A DNA stretch of 64,000 bases from Nitrospirota bacterium (GTDB lineage Bacteria; Nitrospirota; Thermodesulfovibrionia; Thermodesulfovibrionales; JdFR-86): contig CAVRJY010000002.1 of the NCBI GenBank assembly GCA_963721805.1, positions 480,001 through 544,000 on the forward strand, written 5' to 3'. Shown one piece after another: positions 57,044-64,000 of the stretch; position 1 is the first letter of the stretch, and each line of letters starts with the position of its first letter. The translations under genes were made by a program, and so were the position numbers. Below the pieces are notes generated by a model, which saw only the letters and a list, made by a program, of their open reading frames with translations, had not been told where the DNA came from and ran no database searches.

Positions 57044-57568
57044 TCACCTCCTTGAGAGTTTCTTGAGACTCTCATCGGCAGATGGGCCCGAAAACTTTAA
57101 TGCGTGTTGAGTGTATGGATTATTATTCTTTATTTCCGCTAGGTTATATGCTTTAGGTGGCCCGTTTACGGTATGGTTTACTGTATCAGGCTGTGGTGCC
57201 GGATGCCCTGTGGGGGGCGAACCTGCCGCGGCTGTGTCTGGAGTTAACGGGCCATGTACCGTTGAGGTACCGGCGGCTGCCGCTGCGCGCGCCTCCTCGG
57301 ATTTCTTTTCGTATTTCATCATGCCCTTGAGGATTATGTCCTGAAGCCCGATGCCCCGCTTCGCGACCGAGTGGGCGACCTCCATGTCGAACATCGAGGC
57401 GTAGGTGTCCGAGCCAGTGCCCTTTCCGAAGAACTCTCCGCTCGTGGTCTTGCGCATCTCCTTGAGCATCTCGTAGACGAACTGGGCCTCCATCTCCTCG
57501 GCCGTCTTATGCATGGCCTTGGTCCGGTCCTTTTCGCCCTGGAGACTCATGATCTGCGGGATTTCCAT
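57044..57568 (-). CDS. flgJ: FlgJ rod-binding domain protein (no muramidase domain)
   Basis: EAQFVYEMLKEMRKT...YASMFD...GIGL. Confidence 0.88.
   Translation of the reverse strand: MEIPQIMSLQGEKDRTKAMHKTAEEMEAQFVYEMLKEMRKTTSGEFFGKGTGSDTYASMFDMEVAHSVAKRGIGLQDIILKGMMKYEKKSEEARAAAAAGTSTVHGPLTPDTAAAGSPPTGHPAPQPDTVNHTVNGPPKAYNLAEIKNNNPYTQHALKFSGPSADESLKKLSRR
57072..57099 (-). promoter_or_regulatory. sigma28 promoter for flgMNKL, inside flgJ
   Basis: TAAA-N16-GCCGATGA, sharing TAAAGTTTT with the fliC promoter. Confidence 0.82.
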
Positions 57569-58680
57569 TACATGATCTCCAGGTCGGCCTTGAGCGCCCC
57601 GGAGGTCTTGAGGGCCTGCAGAATGGCGACCAGGTCCCTGGGCGTGACGCCGAGGGCGTTTAGGGCCTTTACAACTTCCCCGAGTGTTACGCCATAGACC
57701 TCGACGAGTCCCTTCGAGGTGTCCTCCTTGGCCGTAACCGTACGGTCGGGTGTGACGATGGTCTGCGCCCCCTGAGGTGCGAATGGCGGGGGCTGAGATA
57801 CGTTGTAGCTCGTCTTGACCTCGATGGTCAGGTTGCCGTGCGCGATGGCCACGGGCGAGAGCTTCACGTTGTTGCCGATTATGACCGTGCCGGTGCGCTC
57901 GTTGATGATAACGCGCGCCGGGATGTCCACGACTACGTCGACGGTCTCGATCTTCGCGATCATCTCAACAAGCCTGTCTTTGTACTCGTCGGGCACCGTG
58001 ATGCTGATCGAAGAGGGGTCCTGCGCGATGGCGATCTGGGCGTTGAATTCCCTGTTGATCGCCTCGGCCGCAGACATCGCGGTGGTGAAATCCTCCCTGT
58101 GCAGGAAGAGCTTCATCTTCCCGTCGGCGCCGCCGAGGACGAACGGCGGCTCCGTCTCTATGATCGCCCCCTGAGGGACGTTGCCAACGGTAGTGTGATT
58201 TTTCTGGACGGTCGTGCCGCCGCCGCCGCCCAGGAACCCGCCTATCGAGACCGGCCCCTGCCCAACGGCGTATACGCGGCCGTCCGGGCCCTTAAGCTGG
58301 GTCATCAGCAGGGTGCCGCCTTCGAGGCTCGACGCATCGCCCATGGTGGAGACGAGGGCGTCGATGCGCGTGCCGGCCTTCGGAAACGGAGGCAGCGTGG
58401 CCGTGACGATTACTGCCGCGGTGTTCTTTGAGGCTATGTCGACCGGGTTGACCGTGAGCCCGAGCCTTTGAAGCATGTTGGCGAGGCTCTTCTCGGTCGA
58501 GATGCCCTTGTCTCCGGTGCCCTTCAGACCGACGACCAGCCCGTAGCCCATGATCTGGTTGTCCCGCACGCCCTCAAACGAGGCCACGTCCTTTATCCTC
58601 TCGGCCCGCGCCGAGCCCGGAGATATCAGGGCCGCCGCTGTGAGGGCGAATACAACCAATAATATATAATATCTTCTCAT
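57568..58680 (-). CDS. flgI: Flagellar P-ring protein
   Basis: RIKD...GVRDNQIMGYGLVVGLKGTGD and INERTGT. Confidence 0.97.
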   Translation of the reverse strand: MRRYYILLVVFALTAAALISPGSARAERIKDVASFEGVRDNQIMGYGLVVGLKGTGDKGISTEKSLANMLQRLGLTVNPVDIASKNTAAVIVTATLPPFPKAGTRIDALVSTMGDASSLEGGTLLMTQLKGPDGRVYAVGQGPVSIGGFLGGGGGTTVQKNHTTVGNVPQGAIIETEPPFVLGGADGKMKLFLHREDFTTAMSAAEAINREFNAQIAIAQDPSSISITVPDEYKDRLVEMIAKIETVDVVVDIPARVIINERTGTVIIGNNVKLSPVAIAHGNLTIEVKTSYNVSQPPPFAPQGAQTIVTPDRTVTAKEDTSKGLVEVYGVTLGEVVKALNALGVTPRDLVAILQALKTSGALKADLEIM

Positions 58681-59393
58681 CAGAAGGGCCACACCTTGTC
58701 CATCAGCCTGACCATCCAGCCCGGTCCCTGCTTGTCAGCGAGCACGCCCTGGCCGGTGTAGAATATCTGGGCCTCGGCGACGTAGTTGCTGGAGATGCTG
58801 TTGTCGCTCTGGATGTCCTCGGGCCTGATGAGCCCCTTGAGAATGAGGATCTGCTCTTCGTTGTTGACGGTCATCTCCTTGCGCGACTCGATCACGAGGT
58901 TCCCGTTGGGCAGGACCTCGACGACCTTGGCGGTGATCGTGGCGTTCAGCGCGCCGGAGCGGATGGTCGTGCCCTTTCCGTCGTAGGCGTCGCCTACGTT
59001 GGCCGATACGTTCGGGGTGAAGCCCTTGCCCTTTCCAAACAGGTTGGTCAGGCCCAGGTCCAGCGGGATGCCGAAGAGCGTGCTGATGCCTGCGTTGTAT
59101 GAGGAATCGCGCGTGGTCTTGGTCTCGGCGTCCTTTGTCGCGGCCGCGTTTTCGACGATCTTGATCGTCACGAGGTCGTTGACGTCGTGGGCCTTTACGT
59201 CGCTGAACAGGCCCTTGCCCGATGCGCGCCACAGGCTGTTTTTGGTCACCGGCGTGTTATCGACATCGGCCCTGGTTACCGGCTGGATGTATTTCGGGGG
59301 ATAGGCAGGCATGCTGCTTACCGCTATCCCGTTGCAGGCCGTGACGAGCCCCAGAAGAAGGAAGGCGAATGTGGCGATGAATTTGCGTTTCAT
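58680..59393 (-). CDS. flgH: Flagellar L-ring protein
   Basis: Lipobox VTAC, VLPNGNL, GLIRPEDI and C-terminal WPF. Confidence 0.96.
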   Translation of the reverse strand: MKRKFIATFAFLLLGLVTACNGIAVSSMPAYPPKYIQPVTRADVDNTPVTKNSLWRASGKGLFSDVKAHDVNDLVTIKIVENAAATKDAETKTTRDSSYNAGISTLFGIPLDLGLTNLFGKGKGFTPNVSANVGDAYDGKGTTIRSGALNATITAKVVEVLPNGNLVIESRKEMTVNNEEQILILKGLIRPEDIQSDNSISSNYVAEAQIFYTGQGVLADKQGPGWMVRLMDKVWPF

Positions 59394-59394
59394 A

Positions 59395-60084
59395 TCAGTA
59401 CACCACCTTTACCGTGTTTTCGTCCACCAGTATCCCGGTGACCACCCTGTCTGAGGAGGCGTTCTTGACCTTGACCGGCGAGCCGATCCTGGCGTCCTCC
59501 CAGAGAGTCCCTGCGGCAGTGATCTTAAGGCCGTCGGTTATGGCAACGATGTCCACCTTGCAGCCCCGCTTGCGCATCTCATTGCTCGGAGGGGCGATCA
59601 TGTCCTCGGTAAGCGGCCGCCCGGCCCCGATCGGGCGCGACAGCGGCATCCCGACAACCTGGCCCATGTCGTGCATCGTGCCGGGCTGCAGTTTCGAGAC
59701 GTCCGCGCTGCTGAGGTATACCTCGTCCTGCTCTATCAGGTGCCCCTTTCGCATCGGGTAACGCGGTATGATGACAGTTTCGAAGGCGCGCACCTCGGCA
59801 GTCGCCCTGATCTCGGCCGAATGCTTGAAATACAGCACGAAGGTCGCGACGCCCGGAGGCGGGGTTTCCTGCGATATGCGCGAAGGGGCCTCGGCCGGGG
59901 CCTCGGCGCTGAGCCTTACGTTGTGCACCTCGGCGTCGCGCCAGTGGTAATTTGCGAGCACATAGGAGCGCAGCGCCTCCCCGGCGTTCCACTCCGAGGC
60001 GGATGCCGGGCTGTACGATGTGGTTAATACGAGCGCGGCCGCTGCCAGCACTCCCGCCATAAGGATCCGCTTCATCGCTATCAC
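59395..60084 (-). CDS. flgA: P-ring assembly chaperone
   Basis: Signal peptide, SAF domain and VKVKNASSDRVV; synteny. Confidence 0.88.
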   Translation of the reverse strand: MIAMKRILMAGVLAAAALVLTTSYSPASASEWNAGEALRSYVLANYHWRDAEVHNVRLSAEAPAEAPSRISQETPPPGVATFVLYFKHSAEIRATAEVRAFETVIIPRYPMRKGHLIEQDEVYLSSADVSKLQPGTMHDMGQVVGMPLSRPIGAGRPLTEDMIAPPSNEMRKRGCKVDIVAITDGLKITAAGTLWEDARIGSPVKVKNASSDRVVTGILVDENTVKVVY

Positions 60085-60875
60085 CTCTTAAGTGAGTTGA
60101 CCACGTTAAGGAGGGCGTCGGCCGTCTGCACGCTTTTTGAGTTGGCCTCGTACGCCCTCTGCCCTACGATAAGGCCTATCATCTCCTCTACAATATCCAC
60201 GTTGGACGACTCCAGGTAGCCTTCTTCGAGTTTGCCCATGCCGTTTAAGTCCGGGGTGCTCAGCGTCGGCGTGCCGGAACTCGCGGTCTCGGTAAACAGG
60301 TTCTTGCCCATCGCCAGGAGCCCGGCCGGGTTTATGAAATTCGCAAGCTGGATCTGCCCGACATTGGTCGGCGTCACGGCCCCCTGTGTGAGTACCGATA
60401 CCGTCCCGTCGCTGCCGATCGTGACCTGAGTGGCGTCGGGCGGGATGGTGATGCTCGGGCTCAACAGCAGTCCCTCGGCGTTTACGAGGTTGCCGGTGGC
60501 GTTGAGCTTGAACGACCCGTCGCGCGTATAGGCTATGGTGCCGTCGGCCTGCGTAATCTGGAAAAACCCTTCGCCCTCTATCGCCAGGTCCAGCGGGTTT
60601 CCGGTGTTTACTATATCGCCCTGCAGGAATTCCTTCTGCACGGAGGACGGGGTCACGCCCAGGCCGACCTGCATGCCGGTGGGGTAGCGTGCGTCGGTGG
60701 CGGAGTTCGATACCGCGCCCGGAAATTTTTTGTCCTGATACAGGAGGTCTTCGAACTCGGCGCGGCTCTTTTTAAAGCCGGTCGTCGAAGTGTTCGCGAG
60801 GTTGTTGGATATTACGTCAATGTTCAGCTGCTGGGCCGACATGCCCGATGCGCCTATGAACAATGCCCTGATCAT
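60081..60875 (-). CDS. flgG: Distal rod protein
   Basis: NNLANTSTTGFKKSRAEFEDLLYQ and LESSNV...QRAYE. Confidence 0.97.
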   Translation of the reverse strand: MIRALFIGASGMSAQQLNIDVISNNLANTSTTGFKKSRAEFEDLLYQDKKFPGAVSNSATDARYPTGMQVGLGVTPSSVQKEFLQGDIVNTGNPLDLAIEGEGFFQITQADGTIAYTRDGSFKLNATGNLVNAEGLLLSPSITIPPDATQVTIGSDGTVSVLTQGAVTPTNVGQIQLANFINPAGLLAMGKNLFTETASSGTPTLSTPDLNGMGKLEEGYLESSNVDIVEEMIGLIVGQRAYEANSKSVQTADALLNVVNSLKR

Positions 60876-60894
60876 CTATCGTCCTCCCTTTTGA

Positions 60895-61617
60895 CTACGC
60901 CCGGGCCAGATCGTTCGTGATCTTTGACGCGGAGCTGTCGAAGCTGCTTATGACGCCCTGAAAGGATTCGAACTCCCGCTGGGCGGTTATCATCTTCATC
61001 ATCTCCGAGACCGCGTTTACGTTTGAGGCCTCGAGGAACCCCTGTTTGACGTCGGGCGTATCGACAACGGTCTCGGGCGGGGTGTCGGACGTGAAATCCA
61101 CGCCTCCAGCCCGCTTCAGGGCCATGGGGTTGTCGAACTTTACGACCTTGATCTTGTCGACTACCTTTCCGCCCACCGATACCGAGCCGTCCGGCCCGAT
61201 GCTCACCGCACCGGTAGCAGCGCTCAGGTTTATCGCACCGCCCTGGCCCTGCACCTGCCGGCCTTTCTGGTCGACGACGTTGCCCTGTGAGTCGACCGTG
61301 AAGTTCCCGTTTCTTGTATAGAGGTCTCCCTCTATAGAGAAAAACCCGTCGCCGTTAATGGCCACATCCAGAGTATTGCCGGTATGTATCATCTCGCCTG
61401 AGCTGAAGTCCGTCGTAACGCTGCCCATCTGGGCCATCGTCCTGCCGTCGGAGATCGCGCCCGGAGCGGTGTCGGACTGCATGAGGTAGTCCTCAAACGA
61501 GACATCGTCGCGCTTGTATCCCGTCGTGCTCACGTTGGCGAGGTTCTGCGCTATGGTGTCGATCTGCCTGTCGCGGAGCACCATGCCTGAGACCGCTATG
61601 TAGATTCCCTTGTACAT
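60895..61617 (-). CDS. flgF: Proximal rod protein
   Basis: MYKGIYIAVSGM, NLANVSTTGYK and LEASNVNAV; precedes flgG. Confidence 0.9.
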   Translation of the reverse strand: MYKGIYIAVSGMVLRDRQIDTIAQNLANVSTTGYKRDDVSFEDYLMQSDTAPGAISDGRTMAQMGSVTTDFSSGEMIHTGNTLDVAINGDGFFSIEGDLYTRNGNFTVDSQGNVVDQKGRQVQGQGGAINLSAATGAVSIGPDGSVSVGGKVVDKIKVVKFDNPMALKRAGGVDFTSDTPPETVVDTPDVKQGFLEASNVNAVSEMMKMITAQREFESFQGVISSFDSSASKITNDLARA

Positions 61618-61633
61618 GTCCGCCACGGACTGA

Positions 61634-61649
61634 TGCAAGTTCGATGCCA
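61634..61649 (-). promoter_or_regulatory. sigma54 promoter of flgF
   Basis: TGGCAT-CGAAC-TTGCA (GG-N10-GC). Confidence 0.78.
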
Positions 61650-61809
61650 TGATTGCCAGTACGCTGCAGCAAGATAATGATGACGGCACCGGAACGGCCC
61701 GGAAGCCTCCAGAGCGGGTTTGGCCGGGATCCAGCGCGGGGGCGTCTTTGGATGGGGTGGGCTGAGGCACAGCGGCCGGATGAAAAAAATTCCCCCGAAG
61801 GAGAAAATC

Positions 61810-62184
61810 TTACTTGTCGATAGTCAGGATCAGCTCGATCTCGCCCCGGGGTATGTCAAGGATCCCTGCGATATCGTCAATTTTCAGACCCTTGCGTGCG
61901 AGGTTGCGGACCTCGCGGTATTTCGGGTCCAGGTCGAGCCCGGCTGAGGGCCTCAGGTTTTCGGCCCGCGCGAGCATCCTCTCGAGGGCCTCGCGCTTTT
62001 CGTCCACGCGCTTCTCTATCGCGGCGAGTTCCTTCATCTTGCGGTCGAGGCGGCGGAATATCTTTTCGGCTATCTCGGCGGCCTCCGAGACCTCGAGCGT
62101 CAGGCTCTCGCTCTCGGCCTGGGGAGCCGAGCCGGCCCTTGCGGCGGGCTTGGTGCCAATCCCCTTTAGGAGTTTCTTAAGCAT
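61810..62184 (-). CDS. Coiled-coil plus C-terminal HTH protein (DUF2802-like, flagellar-locus associated)
   Basis: LARKGLKIDDIAGILDIPRGEIELIL. Confidence 0.7.
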   Translation of the reverse strand: MLKKLLKGIGTKPAARAGSAPQAESESLTLEVSEAAEIAEKIFRRLDRKMKELAAIEKRVDEKREALERMLARAENLRPSAGLDLDPKYREVRNLARKGLKIDDIAGILDIPRGEIELILTIDK

Positions 62185-62214
62185 AGCTCAATAAATAATA
62201 CCATACCAATGAGC

Positions 62215-62601
62215 CTATCTCTTTATCATAAGCCATTCGTTGCCCTTTGACGGCCTGCCGGGACGCGGGCTCATCTTCACCAGCACGTATGGCCCCTTGA
62301 GCCGTTTGCCCTTGAGCGTGAACTCCAGCTTGCCCTCGTCCACGCTGCCGCCGGTGAGTTCGAACTTTCCGGCATCCCATATCTTGACCGTGCCCGCGCC
62401 GTACTGCCCCGCCGGGATCGTGCCCTCAAACGTGCCGTACTCAATCGGGTGGTCTTCGACGTTCACAGCAAGCCTCCGCTCGCCGGGTGCCTCGGGCGCG
62501 CCCTTCGGGATCGCCCATGAGGCGAGCGCGCCGCCTATCTCGAGCCTGAAGTCGAAGTGGTGGTGGCTTGCGTGGTGTTCGTGCATCACGAAGACCGGCA
62601 T
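62215..62601 (-). CDS. Stand-alone LigD 3'-phosphoesterase domain protein
   Basis: HHASHHHFDFRLE...SWAIPKG...EDHPIEY...YGAGTVKIWD. Confidence 0.92.
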   Translation of the reverse strand: MPVFVMHEHHASHHHFDFRLEIGGALASWAIPKGAPEAPGERRLAVNVEDHPIEYGTFEGTIPAGQYGAGTVKIWDAGKFELTGGSVDEGKLEFTLKGKRLKGPYVLVKMSPRPGRPSKGNEWLMIKR

Positions 62602-62781
62602 GTTGGAACCTATCTCAAAATTTCTTTCGGCTGCAAGAGGCCGAAATCGCGGCATACGGCGTCATCGGGACGAAAAACGTCCTCAATGTGGCGCTGCCAC
62701 ACCTCCGGGCGTTTTCCGCCCGTTTCCTTATCTGCCACGATTTCTCCTCTCTTTCGCTTCGAAATAAATTTTGACATAGGT

Positions 62782-63498
62782 TCAGCGTTCCCTCATTACC
62801 TTCAGCGAGAACAGGAGCACCGTGCCAAGGGTGAATAGCAGGCCTCCGGCCAGCGCCCATGGCGCCCCGGGGTCGCGGTGGACCTCGATCAGGCAGGCCA
62901 TGCCTCCTGTTTCGGCGGGCTCGATGCTCTTTAGGTATACGCCGAAGCCGTCATAGAAAGACGGCTTGTTGGGCGCGATCGTTGCAGTTTGAAGCAGCCC
63001 CCCGCGCAGCCCGAGGAAGTCCACCCTGGCGCTGTAATCGGTGGGGTAGCCCTGGGGCGCAAACGATACGTCCACGTCCCGGAGCCTTATGGCAAGGTCT
63101 CGCGTGATGCCGAGCGTCGAGCCCTCGGCCGCCATCGCGGTGCCCTTGAAGCTGGCCCACGAGCTTATCAAATGGGCCAGCAGCATGAGGATCAGGCCCA
63201 TGTGTATGATCTGCGGCGATATGACGAGGGGCCAGCGCGCGCCCGGCTTTTTGCGCAGCAGCGAGCGTGCGCTGCACAGAACCGTGTTGACCGCGAGCGC
63301 GCCTATTATCGCGACCGACAGCCATAGCCACCACGTTGCGCCGGGGCCGCTCGCGAGCATCCACCGCAGCAACGGCATCTCGTTCATCGACTCTGTGCTC
63401 ATCGTGAACGAACCGGCGGCCATAACCACCGCCAGCGCCCCCAGGATCCATAGCGCCGTCTCGGTCAGGAAAAGCGATTCCCACAATTTCTGCAGCAT
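62782..63498 (-). CDS. Short ResB-like protein (paralog of 10766-11482)
   Basis: NTVLCS, QIIHMG and RDPGAPWAL; start may be 63504. Confidence 0.75.
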   Translation of the reverse strand: MLQKLWESLFLTETALWILGALAVVMAAGSFTMSTESMNEMPLLRWMLASGPGATWWLWLSVAIIGALAVNTVLCSARSLLRKKPGARWPLVISPQIIHMGLILMLLAHLISSWASFKGTAMAAEGSTLGITRDLAIRLRDVDVSFAPQGYPTDYSARVDFLGLRGGLLQTATIAPNKPSFYDGFGVYLKSIEPAETGGMACLIEVHRDPGAPWALAGGLLFTLGTVLLFSLKVMRER

Positions 63499-63627
63499 GG
63501 CCATATTATATCCGATTGCAGGAGATCCCGAAATTGACATTTTTGTCACATGATGATATTTGTTTGCTTAGGCGATAGGGTTAAGGCTCTAAACAGCAAA
63601 CGGCTTAAATATCAAAGGAGAATTAGG

Positions 63628-64000
63628 ATGAGAAGGATTTTTTTATTGGGGGTTTTGGTTTTGTTTGCCGTGACTGTCATGTCCAACACCTCAAGCGCCG
63701 CTTCGAAGAAGGCTAAAAAGGCGGACGCGGCGAGCGATAACGCAGTGCGCATGGTGGAAGAGGGCAGGCAGACATTCCGCTTCGATACCTTCGGGGACGA
63801 GGCGTTCTGGGGGGATCTTCTAAAGCTGCATCAGGCTATCGCAGGCAGCAAAAACGGCGGAGTCGGCGGTGGCGTAAGCCCGAAAACCGCTTTGGCAGTG
63901 GGCTTGAAGGTCGATATGGACGCACTGCCCGCCAGTCTCGTCAAGAGCCTGAAGGCCGGCAAGGTCGACCTCGAGGACCCGGCCACCACGCTCGCCCTGC
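63628..64000 (+). CDS. Secreted protein, probably cytochrome c/peroxidase-like family (5' part, truncated by the window end)
   Basis: AGGAG SD, signal peptide and GRQTFRFDTFGDEAFW. No CXXCH is visible within the window, so the family call is from recognition only. Confidence 0.55.
   Translation, partial: MRRIFLLGVLVLFAVTVMSNTSSAASKKAKKADAASDNAVRMVEEGRQTFRFDTFGDEAFWGDLLKLHQAIAGSKNGGVGGGVSPKTALAVGLKVDMDALPASLVKSLKAGKVDLEDPATTLAL

Overview
GC-rich bacterial chromosomal window from a motile anaerobe or microaerophile. The gene set and style suggest Nitrospirota or Desulfobacterota, which is my inference only. In order it holds: MCP-cheW; a coupled operon (membrane protein, B12 radical SAM, FlgO-like lipoprotein, histidine kinase, REC-TPR-HEPN regulator, degenerate OmpA/ZorB-like protein); hisD; system II cytochrome c maturation genes (2 ccsA, 3 resB-like) beside an FTR1/DUF2318 iron-uptake-like gene and a UxxC selenoprotein; fabG-like and bioD; hemA; argS; hicBA; a GEMM-I riboswitch; tatA; glnE-glnA; deoB; dppBC; addAB; rlmI; rubredoxin-rubrerythrin-korAB; and a large flagellar cluster (flgF to fliT) with sigma54, sigma28 and CsrA signals. 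Top leads: (1) a two-component system whose response regulator ends in a HEPN-like domain with an intact RxxxxH motif; (2) an A20-type, probably 3',3'-cGAMP-sensing, ON riboswitch; (3) a dispersed ~125-190 bp covarying hairpin repeat in three copies, each just after a stop codon and beside AT-rich cargo; (4) a Sec-containing TlpA-like lipoprotein with a SECIS-like hairpin; (5) a FliK-like protein with 27 hexapeptide repeats. Several single-base frameshifts between 14.6 and 24.7 kb may be assembly errors. I saw no rRNA, tRNA, CRISPR array or transposase.
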